Below, piece by piece: positions 12,436 to 26,204 of a stretch of 64,000 nt of DNA. Origin of the DNA: Negaprion brevirostris (Eukaryota); the NCBI GenBank assembly GCA_030324005.1, contig JARDVH010000124.1, forward strand, positions 40,296,330 through 40,360,329. Reading direction: 5' to 3'. How positions within the stretch are numbered: position 1 is the first letter of the stretch; every line of letters starts with the position of its first letter. The translations under genes and the position numbers were made by a program. The notes below the pieces were generated by a model, which was not told where the DNA came from, did not search any database, and saw only the letters and a list, made by a program, of their open reading frames with translations.

Positions 12436-12659
12436 CCCTGGTATTGCAAAGCAAAGGAAAATGGACACAAATTGGAACGTGTGTACACAGGGAATTGACA
12501 ATATTAGTCAATTAATAGCAACATATACTACATTTGCAGTACTTGTCATGAGCCACACTAATATCTGCAAGTGTGTTCCAACTTGAAGCACCAGTTTCTA
12601 GTGGTGTATAGTTTTTAAAGTTTTGAGTCATGTAAAACCTCAATGTACAACCATGATTA

Positions 12660-13700
12660 AAGAATATTTATTAATTTAAAAATACACCAAGAAAAGCACT
12701 ACAGTACTCTAAGACAGGGATAACTAAACCCCTTGTTCCAAAATATATTTACAATCTTTGGAGTCAGACTTCCATTTCCCAAACAACATCCAAATAACAT
12801 TGTCAAATCCAGCTTGTGGCATGACACAATACAGGGCAGCTTATAGCACTGCAGAATACATAGTCAATATAGTACTACACAATACAGATCAAGTCTGGGG
12901 GAAAAATCATCTTTTCCTGGTCCAGTGACGATACTCAAAGCACCTTTTCCGGCAATGCCTTTGCTCTAAGACTTGGAGACAACACTAGCATTTCTGAGAA
13001 GTAAGAAAGTGGCTGGGATTTGCAGACTGGCTTTCTAGTTGAGATCTGGGCTCTGTTTCTGAGGTGGAGTGGGGGTGGGGTAATATTTATACTGTTTCCC
13101 CTTTTTTATTATTTAAAATACAAGTTGGCTGTCTATGTATCTCAAATTTTTTCCTCCTGTGGAGCTTAGCATTTCTATAGCCCTGAATCACCCAGTCATT
13201 TAGGTAAACATTTCTGCTTGGGGGAACTTAACCCTCTATAACAGCCATCCAAATATCTGTTTCTAAAACTAGATCTATACCTGATCATTTCAAGACACAT
13301 TATACTGCATTAAACTTTTGCACATGCCTTAACATTTTGAAAGCTTGGTGATCTGTACTTACTGGAATGTTCCTGTACTTTGGAATTAAAATATCTTCNN
13401 NNNNNNNNNNNNNNNNNNNNNNNNNNNNNNNNNNNNNNNNNNNNNNNNNNNNNNNNNNNNNNNNNNNNNNNNNNNNNNNNNNNNNNNNNNNNNNNNNNNN
13501 NNNNNNNNNNNNNNNNNNNNNNNNNNNNNNNNNNNNNNNNNNNNNNNNNNNNNNNNNNNNNNNNNNNNNNNNNNNNNNNNNNNNNNNNNNCTTCAGCCCG
13601 TCCCTCAGCACGTGGTCCTGGACCTTGGAATGTGCCAGTCTGCAACACTCGGTCGAGGACAGTTCTTTCAACTGGATCAAACTAGTTACTATTGGGAAGA
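12660..13700 (-). mobile_element. Tx1-like LINE 3' fragments
   Basis: Minus-strand translation KELSSTECCRLAHSKVQDHVLRDGLK at 13591-13680, with a more decayed copy at 12700-13030. Confidence 0.6.
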
Positions 13701-15087
13701 GATTGTTTGACTGTTTTAAGGCTTGCTACTCTGTGGAAAGGGTACTTGTACTGGAATGAATAGGTTCTAACTTTTATGTCAAGTTTAGTACAAATGTATC
13801 ACCTAATGTTCAGGAAGTTCATGCCAGTCTCACAGTATTTAAGTGACAGGTTTTTGGTAACTTGCTGATTTTGTACATTTTAATTGTGCATGTCTGGTGG
13901 CTAGAAGTTGCTGCCTGATTTTTACGCTAACAGTGAGCAATCATTATTTTTGCCACCCATCCAATCAAGACTGGAGTCTGCAATCTCCTTGCCCAATTCA
14001 AATGACTTTAACAAAAAAAATGCTTGTCACCAACTCTCTTCTATGCTATATACAGCACAGCAACTATGGGCAGCATCAGGGGCAAATTGCTGATGATTTT
14101 TGAGTGATTAGGAAATAGTCTGTAATATTGCCTACCCTCAATCATGATTATTACAGTGGAAAAGGAGGCTGTTCAGTCCATTGTCTGTGCTGGTCCTCTG
14201 CTGGAACAATTCACTTAGTGTTGCCTTCCCATAGCCCTGCACATCCTTTCATTTTGGATAACCATTCTCATTTCACCTTAAATGCCTTGATTGAACCTGC
14301 CTCCACCATCCTCTTTGTTCATTCCAAATCCCAAACGTGTGCTGTGAAAACGTTTTTTTCTTTTGTTAATTATCTTAAATCTGTAGGCCCTCTTTTTCTT
14401 GACCAACAACAGGTGCGAGGATTAATTTATTGTACAGACTTTCAAAATTTAAAAGTTACAATTTGTTACAACTGGTGTTCCTCACACATGTTTTATTGTA
14501 TTATACATACATGAAATTAATTGCGTGCAGGGCCACATTGCTAATAGGGTTGGGGCAGTCTGGAATGATCTGACAGTTGAAGAGATAAGATAGTGGCATC
14601 CAGAAATCAAAGTCTATTTCTAGTGTTGGCTGCTGTAGATGAAAGAAAGATGAGCAAGACGTCAGAGGGCCCAGCAAGGATGTTGGGGACTGATCATTAT
14701 AAAAGTTTAAGATGCACAGTGGTGCTAGGGAAAGCTGCAGTGACAACATGGATTTGTAAATGTCTTGAGTGGGCTAAGAAAGGTAAGACTCTAGGATGAC
14801 TGGGGTGAATGTTTGAGTCTTTTTGTCCATCCTTATGTAAGGATGTGCTGCTGTCCTGTCGTGTTTGTTTTGAGGTGTGATTGGCCCTATTCTGCAAAAG
14901 TTAATGGCGCAACAAATGTATTTTGATCACTTCTGTATAATGTTCTGCAGGTGCATCCCTTAAACCTTGCAGACATTGAATAATAACAGTCACATAGATA
15001 AGGGAATATCCCATTCTGACCTGGATGCAAGTTTACTGTGGGACAGTAGGCCCTTGGACAGGAAGCTTGTCTTTGTCCCTGTCCCAG

Positions 15088-15420
15088 TTGAACATAAGAA
15101 ATGGGAGCAGGCATAGGCCATCCAGCCCCCTGAGCCTGCCATGATTCACAAGATCATGGCTGATCTGAAGTGTATCAGTTCCACTTTCCTGCTTTCTCCC
15201 CATAACCCTTAATTCCCTTGTCTATCAGAAGTCTATCTACCCGTGACTTAAATATATTTAGCGAGGTAGCCTCCATCATTTCAATGGACAGAGAATTCCA
15301 GAGATTCACCACCCTTTGAGTGAAGAAATTCCTCCTCAGCTCTGATCTAAACTGCCTCCCCCCCCCTTATCTTGAGGCTGTGCCCTCCAGTCCTGCTGTC
15401 CTTTCTGAGCGGAAAAGTTC
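15088..15420 (-). mobile_element. CR1 LINE 3' end
   Basis: aacataagaaatgggagcaggcataggccatccagcccc tail and an RTGGHSLKIRG motif on the minus strand. Confidence 0.8.
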
Positions 15421-15479
15421 TGTTTTTCTTCCTTAACTCATACAAGTTCGTCTTTGTATCCAAACTGTTACACGGGATT

Positions 15480-15606
15480 GGAGCTGATGGATTGCTGCCC
15501 CATGCATCCCAGACACTCTCTCTTCCACCTTCTTCTGCCGGGAAAAAGATACAAAAGTCTGAGGTCATGTACCAAACGACTCACGAACAGCTTCTTCCCT
15601 GCTGCC
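15480..15606 (+). mobile_element. Rex1/Babar LINE C-terminal fragment
   Basis: HPRHSLFHLLLPGKRYKSLRSCTKRLTNSFFPAA, typical of the Rex1 RT C-terminus. Runs into a gap. Confidence 0.75.
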
Positions 15607-18600
15607 NNNNNNNNNNNNNNNNNNNNNNNNNNNNNNNNNNNNNNNNNNNNNNNNNNNNNNNNNNNNNNNNNNNNNNNNNNNNNNNNNNNNNNNNNNNNNN
15701 NNNNNNNNNNNNNNNNNNNNNNNNNNNNNNNNNNNNNNNNNNNNNNNNNNNNNNNNNNNNNNNNNNNNNNNNNNNNNNNNNNNNNNNNNNNNNNNNNNNN
15801 NNNNNNNNNNNNNNNNNNNNNNNNNNNNNNNNNNNNNNNNNNNNNNNNNNNNNNNNNNNNNNNNNNNNNNNNNNNNNNNNNNNNNNNNNNNNNNNNNNNN
15901 NNNNNNNNNNNNNNNNNNNNNNNNNNNNNNNNNNNNNNNNNNNNNNNNNNNNNNNNNNNNNNNNNNNNNNNNNNNNNNNNNNNNNNNNNNNNNNNNNNNN
16001 NNNNNNNNNNNNNNNNNNNNNNNNNNNNNNNNNNNNNNNNNNNNNNNNNNNNNNNNNNNNNNNNNNNNNNNNNNNNNNNNNNNNNNNNNNNNNNNNNNNN
16101 NNNNNNNNNNNNNNNNNNNNNNNNNNNNNNNNNNNNNNNNNNNNNNNNNNNNNNNNNNNNNNNNNNNNNNNNNNNNNNNNNNNNNNNNNNNNNNNNNNNN
16201 NNNNNNNNNNNNNNNNNNNNNNNNNNNNNNNNNNNNNNNNNNNNNNNNNNNNNNNNNNNNNNNNNNNNNNNNNNNNNNNNNNNNNNNNNNNNNNNNNNNN
16301 NNNNNNNNNNNNNNNNNNNNNNNNNNNNNNNNNNNNNNNNNNNNNNNNNNNNNNNNNNNNNNNNNNNNNNNNNNNNNNNNNNNNNNNNNNNNNNNNNNNN
16401 NNNNNNNNNNNNNNNNNNNNNNNNNNNNNNNNNNNNNNNNNNNNNNNNNNNNNNNNNNNNNNNNNNNNNNNNNNNNNNNNNNNNNNNNNNNNNNNNNNNN
16501 NNNNNNNNNNNNNNNNNNNNNNNNNNNNNNNNNNNNNNNNNNNNNNNNNNNNNAGCATTCATACTAGTTATACAAAGCATTGTTAACTGACAAGCTGCAC
16601 TTGGTGTTGTTTTCCTTCTCTCAAACCGGATACTCAGTGAGAATAATTCACAGTAATTGCCTATAAAGGAAGAGAAATGAAATTCTGGAACAATGATTAA
16701 TTCGTCTTTGTTTAAATCTTATTTGAGTCATTCTGGTGTTACATTGTTCCAGAGGACAAATCAAATTTAAAACAGTATAGTAAACTTTAATTTTACAACC
16801 ATGCTACTTTAGCTGAAAATCAAGTATATAATTAAGCTAATAATTTAGAAACTTAATATCAGGAATAGTGCATGTGTCAGGACATAGTGATTTATGAAAA
16901 TTAAGTGGCACAGATCTCAAATTAAGAATATCTTGTGATGTACACAATTTATATCCCTATTTTATTGATCTACTTCGATGCAACCCTGGTACATCCTGAA
17001 ATGTACTGATGTAGCATGTTTAAAGATGCTTTCATTTGGAGACTGTGGATCTTGGCAATATATGTTGTAGTGAGTTCCAAATCTTTTGTACTGTTGACAA
17101 TAATAACTGATGTATCAGTGAGTAAATTTCAAATGGCATGAAGTAGAATTTAAGCTTCATTGAAAGAGTGGCAAGTAGAGAATTGCTCTCAGCATACTAC
17201 TGCAGCAGTATATATGGAAGGATGCCCCAAACTGCATTCTTTATTCATTAGTTCCACTCGTACAAGCTGTGCAATTAAAAATTTTTGTGGAAAAAATGGA
17301 ATTAGTGATTTTAAACTGAAATAACAAATGTCTCCATTGAAATATGTAAATCTTTCCTCGCTCAAGTATTCAAGTAGTCCATAACTATGGTAACTCTAGC
17401 ACAAGGCTACTTACTAAGCTCTTGTCCTGATGAGCATTTTTCCCACCTGTTTTTTAAATTTGAGGCCCAAAGGAACTTTGGCATAGGAAGTCCTTCATTC
17501 AGCTTACTAAAATAGAAGAATTTCTGCATTCTAGGCACAAATATATATATAGCCCATGGATGTTTTTGTTTGGTTTATCAACCATGCACAGGGCGAAGCT
17601 AAGCTGTGTGCTGCTCAGAACTGGTTGTAGAGAATATGAAAGGGTAGGAGCTAGTAAGCATGTATGTGTATTAGTTGTCTCCAAATGCCAGCCTTGTATA
17701 AATGAGAACTTCTTTTGTACTGAAAGAACAGTAGCAATGTTACCTAATATATTTGAATATACCCCAAAAATTACTTTATTTTCATGTTCTTGAGACTATG
17801 GTTCATTGTGTTCATTTAATCATTGTTGATGATCAGTACTGTGAATTGCTGTTAAAGTAACAATTATGTAAAGTGCTCTGGAGAAGATGGAGGTTACTCT
17901 CAGTTGAAAATTGTTTTGTGAAAGGCTAATAAGGTAAAAGCCAAATTTGTCTTGCACCATTATCTTGGAAGGCATTGCACTATAAAATTGGTCAAACATT
18001 GCAATTTGATTGCATGTAGTAATTCTCTTGGGGAAATGGTAGTGGGTGAAGTGAAGGGAGTCTTGTGATGGAAAGCAGGAAATGTCAGTTTCTCCAGTTA
18101 GCCACTTTGTGCATTCTCAAGATTTTAATCTTCTTGAAACATTACATCTAACTTCCATTTCCACTTTTTAATTTCTAAAACTTTCGTCAAAGTTTAGCAA
18201 CTTTTGACTTCTAGCATATAATAAGCTACTGGTTTTGTAATGCCACCCATGTTAGACTGATTTGATAGTTGCAACAACCTTGCTCTTTTAGAGCCACAAC
18301 ATGTCAAGGTGCTTCATAGGGCCATTATAAGACATGATATGACACTAAACTACATGAGACATTGGGAAGGTGGCCAAAATCTTGGCCGTGGAGAGGTTTG
18401 AGGCCTAGTGAAACAGTTAACATTGGTGATGCCATGAGGCTATCAATTGTCCTGCTGGAGAGATTACAACAAATGAAGGGAGAAAGGATTTGTGGTGAGG
18501 ATGACCATTAAATCAAGGTCTTATTTGACTGGGAGCCCCATTGTACTGAACCCAGTACTTTTTCCTGTGAAACATCCAATTGTTTCTTCAATAATTCCAG

Positions 18601-18794
18601 GATTTTTTTTTGTATTTATTGCTGTAGCTGGCAGTTACATTTGAATGTACTGATTACTATTCAAAGAGCTTTGTGTGTGACTTTAAAAAAAAAAAAATTC
18701 TAGTTTGAACCTTGGCCTCTTTGATTTATTCCTATGCCTTTTTATAACTTTAGAATAGATGGTTGCTTGATGGCTAGCATAGACCAGATGGTGG

Positions 18795-19270
18795 TAAGTC
18801 TCAACACCAGGTTAAAGTCCAACAGGTTTATTTGGTAGTAAACACCACTAGCTTTCATAGCACTGCTCCTTCATCAGGTGAGGGGGAGTTCTGATCACAA
18901 ACGGGGCCTATAAAGGCGCAAACAATTTACAGAATTCTGATTAGAATGTGAGTCTTTACAGCTAATCAAGTCTTAAAAGGTGCAGACAATGAGTGGAGAT
19001 AGCATAGGTTAAAGAGGTGTATTGTCTCCAGACAGGACAGTGAGATGTTGCAAGTCATGGGGGTTACAGATAGTGNNNNNNNNNNTCCTCATGTGTGCAG
19101 AACTTGGCTATCAGTTTCTGCTCAGCGACTCTGCGCTGTCATGTGTCATGAAGGCCACCTTGGAGAATGTTTACCTGAAGATCAGAAGCTGAATGCCTGT
19201 GACAAGTTTGTCAACAGGAAGGGAACAGTCTTACTCGGTGATTGTCAAGCGGTGTTCGTTCATCTGTCAA
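18795..19270 (-). mobile_element. Penelope-like element 3' part (GIY-YIG end plus pLTR with hammerhead)
   Basis: Homologous to 39940-40540. The minus strand encodes a decayed SASDLQVNILQGGLHD...AEQKLIAKFCTHE segment. Confidence 0.75.
18846..18881 (-). ncRNA. Hammerhead ribozyme motif, stem II partly mutated
   Basis: Minus strand TCAC-CTGATGA-AGGAGCAGTGCTAT-GAAA-GCT-A-GTG. Confidence 0.55.
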
Positions 19271-21699
19271 ACTTCAGAATTATTCTGAACCAAAATAATG
19301 CTATTCAGCCCAATGTGACTGACAGCTGTTTTAAGCACTACCTGCAAGTTCCCTCCAAGTCGTGCACCATCCTGACTTGGAACTATTTCATCGTTCCTTC
19401 AATGTTGGGTCAAAATCTTGGTGCTCCATTTGATGTACCTATACCATATGAATTAGTGGTTCAAGAAGGCAGCTTGCCATCACCACCTTTTTGAGGATAG
19501 TTTGGAATGGGCAATGTAATTTGCCTTGGCTAACTATAAACACTTTTGTCCCACGTCCTGACTTTTGCCATTAACCTTGCAAATGGGCCCATATTCAAAT
19601 GTCTGTCTTTTGCAAATTTTGATAATCTGCTTTTGCCATCTCTTCAGGTAGTGCCTTCTTCATTTTCATGTTTTGTGCAAATAGCATTTCTCCTAATTTC
19701 CTCATGTTTAGTTAATTATTTAAAATCTAACTACTTGTTACCAGCCCACCTGCTGGCAGAACCATTGCTCCCTACTTCCTTTAACAGAACTCCATATAAT
19801 TAAGAGTTGTCTCTTCTAAACTCTGTGCTCCAAGANNNNNNNNNNNNNNNNNNNNNNNNNNNNNNNNNNNNNNNNNNNNNNNNNNNNNNNNNNNNNNNNN
19901 NNNNNNNNNNNNNNNNNNNNNNNNNNNNNNNNNNNTGCTTTTTCAATTTGTCTTCTAATAGCGATGAAACACTCCAATGACATGATCAGCTCTTTAAGCA
20001 ACCTGCAGCCATTTAAATATATTATATCCCTCCCCCTTTTGTGGTCATGACAAATTACTACTACGTTATACATAGGATCAATCATACTCTAGACCAATAT
20101 CATATTAACCATTACACACAGCCAATCAGGAAGACATCTATTCCTCTTTGGCTGTCTGTGATTTTCTGGAATTTGGCTGTCCTTGACCCTAAAAGTATGA
20201 TCTTGGAAATTCTACCTCATTCTCACATAGCATAGTAGCAAAGACACAATCATCAGGCAACTGTGATTCAGCTAAGTCTTCGTAGCATTCACAACATAGA
20301 TGTTACTTCTGGAGATGATTGAGAAATCTCTAAGATGACAACAGTTGGTCAGCATGGATTTGCCAAACAAGTTCACCTTCAGATTGGACCTGTTTTGCTA
20401 CAACTGTGCTGGTACCCATTTCTCACTTCTGGCATAATTACATGCTGCACTCTTAACTCCTTGCTCACATGTGGCTTTTTGCCCTCACTTTGTCTATTAC
20501 TTTGAGATTGTTTACTCAATTTCTGAAGTCAAACTTCGTTCTCAACTTTCCCTTTAATGCAGGTGAACTTTGGGTGGTTGCATGAGTAGTGTTTCTAAAA
20601 AAAAAAGTCAAAGCTATTCACGTGACAATGAATTTTGCTATTTGAAACTCGAAGCTTCTAAGTTTTTCAAGGATTGTATGAATCTTCAGCTAGTCAATTT
20701 TTAGTTGATAAGGTGCAGATTTTATATGCTGAATAGCATTTAATTTGAGAGAATCCTCAAACTCTTGAAGTAAAATGAACTGTTATTGCTAACAGTCTGT
20801 TCTGGTTTACCAAGTCTTGCAAAAACGTTGTGGTGTTTTTCAATGGTTTGCTCAGTTGGGTATCAGCCCTAGTAGATAAAAAGAACAAAGAACAACCCAG
20901 CACGGGAAACAGGCCCTTCGGCCCAACGAGCCTGCACCGCCATCACCNNNNNNNNNNNNNNNNNNNNNNNNNNNNNNNNNNNNNNNNNNNNNNNNNNNNN
21001 NNNNNNNNNNNNNNNNNNNNNNNNNNNNNNNNNNNNNNNNNNNNNNNGTAAGGTGACCAGAACTGGACGCAGTACTCCAAAATCTCATAACTTCTGGTCT
21101 GGAGTGCAGGTCAATTATGACCTAAGAAAATGTAACCTCAAGTGGACCAGTAAAATCTACATGCAGTTGTTGCCATGGCATTTTAGGCCCCTCTTCCCAA
21201 GGATATAACGGAGACAATCGTTCATTTCTTGCGCGTAGGATTGAAACTCTTCAACCTGAGCATCCAGACCAACCAAAAATAACTACATATTTGTTCCTAT
21301 TAGTTTGTGAGCTTTCAATTAAGGGATTGAGTACCCAATGAACGTTAGCACCCTGGTGATTTTTCTATTGATCTGTTTGAATATTCTGGGATATATTTCA
21401 TTTACTTCCAGGAGCTGTTAGTCTTCATAGGAACAGATCATTCAGCATGTTTGTTGTGACATCAAATTTCAGTACATCAATAATAAAATCATAGTTGGGA
21501 AAGACAGAAGTAAGAAGTGGTTAGCTTTGGAGAAAGGGAGTGGATGAGATTAGAGTTGGATATATACGGAAATTGCTTTCTATTTTCATACATGGAGTAA
21601 CAGTGTGGAAAACTGAAGGAAAGAAAATAGTGTTGAAATTAAGCAAGGATCTTTTATAAGCAGCCAATTCTTTTAATGTCTTTTCTCTCTCTTTTGACA

Positions 21700-22800
21700 A
21701 TCTGGGTTTGAGGATGATTTTCTTTGCACTCAGGTTTGTTAATTGCTGATCAGTGCACTCTGCAGACCCTGCCTTGTGTGGCAGATGGTGCTTGGCGTTG
21801 AATAGTTGGTTTGTGCTCTCCCTTTTGATGCTTGGACTTCGCCTCTGTACATTTCAGAGAAAGTCTTTTGCTTGTCTTCCTAGATGAGCTGTCTGCTTTG
21901 GTCACAAGCCAGGGTTGGAAGGGATGTTTGACCCCTTCAGGAATTGATTAGGGCATCCCTAGTCTGTTTCCATTCCACTGGGAGTCACTTGCCATGATTT
22001 AAGTTCCTAGTAGTGCAGTTGCTTTTGGGGGTCTGGAGTCAGGTGTACTACGTGACCTGAAAAAACTGGTTTGAGCGAGTGACAACTCAGTGCTGGGCAA
22101 GTTGGTTTGAAAGGACACTGCTTTTGGACTGCTAGATTTGGAGGATCTTGTGAAGTAATCATAGGTGGTATTTATTTCTCCAGGGTTTTGATGCCATAGC
22201 TTGGCCAGTTTCTCAAGCATAGAGGAGTGCAGGGATCACTGCTGTCAGTAAGCCCTGACGTTGCTCATTGATTTGGGATTCTACTCTTCATTCTTCAGAC
22301 AGCTGTGACACATGGAGGCAATGTTTTTGAGTGGAGGCTTCTAAACTATGGGGAAAAAGTCTTTTACTGGATCTCCCTGGCAGATGTGCTATGGGAACTG
22401 GTTGGAAAGAAGACCTTGGTTTTCCGGATGCTTAGTGAAAGGCCTGCCCATTTTCTCATGCTTCAGAGGAAAGAGTTGATGACCTAGAGCTCAGTTTGAG
22501 TAAATGCATGAACAAGCCTCATCTGCATACTGAAGCATTCATGAGTGAGATTGAAGTGGTTTTGGACTGAAGGTGGCACAAGCTGAATAGTTTTCAGACT
22601 TTCCTATGTGTTTCACCTGGTGAAGTGAGATGCAGAGTTGCTGTGAGGAAAATGGAGAAGAGTTGATGCAATAACGGTTAAGATGGTTCCTGTGCAGTCA
22701 GTTCCCTGGAGGGCTTCTCTTATACTTGTCTGCCAACTGCTGCCATTTATTGCTATTCTGTCTTAAATAACCACCTTTTGCTGAGGCTCCTCTGATTCTT
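21700..22800 (-). mobile_element. RTE-clade LINE remnant
   Basis: Minus strand near 22130-22200 resembles RTE KTLEKYHQRCLRKILQI. Heavily frameshifted. Confidence 0.5.
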
Positions 22801-24082
22801 TTAACATGGTTGATAACAGCTTGAAAATGTACTCAAACGTTGCCAAGATGGGCAGTTTGATTTAGTATTGCTTTAAGGAAGGTGTTGCAATGTTTGCTTA
22901 ATATAAACTTGTCGATCTCCACACAACTGGTAAACCATACATATGTTTGGCTTATCTGAAGAAGATTGAACAGCTGTTTTTAAGAGGGAAGTACAGTTGC
23001 AATTCCTTAGCAGCATGTGCTGCTAGGTAAACAAAGCTCATCTGAAGTGTCTTCTGGTCACATGGTTTATATCCTGGCTGCTAACTTACTAGCATATCAC
23101 AACTAGTATTGTGCAGTGCCATGTAATGAGAAGGCAACTATAACTTGTGTTTTTATCTAACAGTGCAACTTTGTGTACAAAATATTTACTGTCCTGAATA
23201 AGTACATGTGATTTGTATGCTGTTATGTGTATGAAAATCCAATTGTGGTCTGTCAATTTTTGACATCCAAAGTTACAACTGTGGAAGGCAAAACAATATC
23301 TCAATTGTCAAGGCCACTTGATTTTTGTTCACAAATGGCAGGGGAATAGTAATGTAGTAATTACTGTAAGTTTACAGATTGTAGCAATAATTTGGTCATT
23401 TATGGCAGTCACTATTTGCTAATATGTTTGCAATTGCTTTTTAATACTTCTGGGATAAATTGCAGCAATTTTGGTAGTAATTGCAGCGCAGTATGTACTT
23501 CAAGCTGGCGGTTGCGAAAACCAGAACAAAACCCAGTATAGTGCATTTGCTAATGAAGACTTGTGTCTAAATTTATTAGCATTGCACTTATCACCTGATT
23601 GCACAAAAAATATTTGTTACTGAAAATAAGTGATGTCCTTTTTAAGAACAAAATGGGCTGGGAAATATTTTTGAGGATCAATTGGTTTTCTGATTACCAC
23701 TTCTAGATTCCAAGACGTAAGTGACTTGGGGTTGATGTGAGGGTTGAACAAAGAAGCAAAGGGTAAATACAACATTATATTGCTGTAGAATGGACATTTT
23801 CTTCTGTTTGGCTGTGTCTGGTTAATTTGAGCTTGATTTTCCCCTCCCAAATGTAATTAGCTTTCATTTCCTCTAACACTGCCTGTACCTGCCCCACCTC
23901 TGTTCTGCTGCCGAAGTAAAACAAAAATGGAGACTGGATTTCACAAATACTGCTGCTACAGGGATGCTTGTGTACATATGTTTCTTAAACTCCCATAGAA
24001 TAGTACTGTCTGTTTGGGGACACTTTTTATATAATATTGTTATACCATTAATATCAGATTATTGATCAGCTTCTGACTCTCC

Positions 24083-24102
24083 CTCTCTCTCTCTCTCTCT
24101 CT
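24083..24102. repeat. (CT)10 microsatellite
   Basis: Directly visible. Confidence 0.9.
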
Positions 24103-24479
24103 GGCAAGTGCTCCCAGCAGATAAAAATTTTTATTATATTCCCAAGAAACTTCAATTTTAAATCGCACAGGTAGCAGCTAAGAATTTTGTGGTTGTACAG
24201 TCATGTTTTCCAGTAACTAGCTGGAAACTTTCCTTTGAAGCACAACACAAAAATTTTAAACATGCTACAGAGGTTTTGGAGGGAAAAAATGAGTTTGCAA
24301 TAATTGCAGAGAATTGGCTAAAATCATAATCCAAGCTAATGCTGAGGAACTGTCAGAAGTGCTGTTTTTCAGATCAAACACTTCCCTCACTAGACTTACA
24401 GAATCTCATGCAAGATATTCCTTCATGGTTTGCTGACCGACACTGATAATCACAAAATGATTACAGCATCAAATAAACT

Positions 24480-25900
24480 GCTTGATTCATGTCTGTGCCA
24501 GCTCTCTGCAAGAGCAATTTGCCTGGCTCCAGTCCTTGCCTGTCCCCTGTAGTCTTTTTTTAATCTTTAGATACTCCATTCTCTTTTGAAGACCATGATT
24601 GATCTTCCTCCACAGTGTCAGACAATGCATTCAAGATCTTGATGACTTGCTGTTTTTAAAGTTTATTTTTATGTTGACATTTTGCAAGTTACCTTTTTTA
24701 AATTACCGTCATCCTGATTTTTGGATTCTTCTACCAACCCTGTCTACTCTCTCCAAATCCCTCAATTTTGAAAACCCTGCAAAATCTTCCCCAGCGTGCC
24801 AAGTAACTGAAATTCCTCATCCTTGGAGCCATTTTTGTGACCTTTTCTGCATCCTGTCAAATATTATAAGTGTGGTGCCCAGAACTGGACAGAGTGCTTA
24901 TACAAGTTAATCATTATTTGACTTTGTACATGATGAAGGGTTAGTGCTCCAAAAGCTTGTAGCTTGTGTTACCAAATAAACCTGTTGGACTTTTAACCTG
25001 ATGTTGTGAGACTACTTACTGTGCTTGCTCCAGTCCAATGCTGGCATCTCCACACTTATTTTATAAAGCCCATGGTCCCTTTTGCTTACTGCTTAATCTG
25101 TTCTGCCATCTTTTTAATAATTAGTGCAGATATGTCTCCAGGTCTCTGCTCTTGCACCCCATTTGGAATGGTATCCTTTGTCTTGCCATATTTATCCTAT
25201 TAAAATGTACCACTTGTATTTCACCATATTTAAATTTAATTTGCCACTTGCTTGTCTGTTCTACTGCAAGATTTTGAAGTTCTGTTCTATCCTCACACTT
25301 CAAACTTTCTGAATTTTGTGCCATCTATGGTTTGAAATTTTGTGCTCTGTACACCAATTCCAGATCATTGAGACATCAGGAAAAGCAGGGGTCCTGAACA
25401 AGATCCTTAGGAAACCCGCAATATACCTTCAGTCCAAAAATGGCCATTCGTTCCTACTGTTTCCTGTCACTCAGCTAATTTTGTATTCATGCTGCTATGC
25501 TTCCTTTTTAATCCATGGGCTCTAACTTTGACAGTTTTTTGTGCATGCTTTGTCAAATGTCTTTCAGAAGTCCATGTACACCAACTAGTACCATCATCAA
25601 CTCAGTTGTTACCACATCAAAACTTGTATAAGTTGCCCAAAACAAATCTGTACTGTTTTTCTTTAATCCATGTTTGTCCAAGTGGCTACTGATTTTGTTG
25701 TTTTGAAATGCCTCCCCACTGGAGGTTAAACTCCTTGGCTTGTAGTTGCTTAGCTTATCCTTGTACTCTTGGCATCCTCCAGTTTGGTGCCACCATCCTT
25801 GTATCTGAGGGTGATTTAACGATTATAGCTAGCAATACCATAATTTTCATGCTTTTTTCCTTCACTGTTCTTGGATACATTTTCATTTGGTTCTTGTGGC
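24480..25900 (-). mobile_element. Old CR1 LINE fragment interrupted by a Penelope pLTR piece at 24929-25055
   Basis: gtgtggtgcccagaactggacagagtgc and similar CR1 reverse-strand segments. Homologous to 9700-10500. Confidence 0.55.
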
Positions 25901-26204
25901 CTGATCTCCTCTTTAGCTCCTTAGTGTCTCAACCACCTCCTTCAACTTGAAACAGGTTTTGTGGTCATTATGTATCTTCTGTGGGACCTAGCTATGCATA
26001 AATGGGTTGCTGATACCATAGAGACTGGCTGTTACATGCTTTGGGGGGAGCTGAGGTCATGAAAGATTAATATAAATGCAAGTTCAATTCTTCAAATGCT
26101 TATCTCTACCTTTCTAGATCTTTGTCTCACATTACTTGTCTATATATTAGATTTGCCTTCCTCTCATTTTGTTTGTGATTGTGTCCAGCTGACAGTCTTT
26201 TTAA

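Noticed and set aside
13300-16590. Long ORFs of 100-400 aa in the ORF track
   Set aside because: Artefacts of translating through N gaps.
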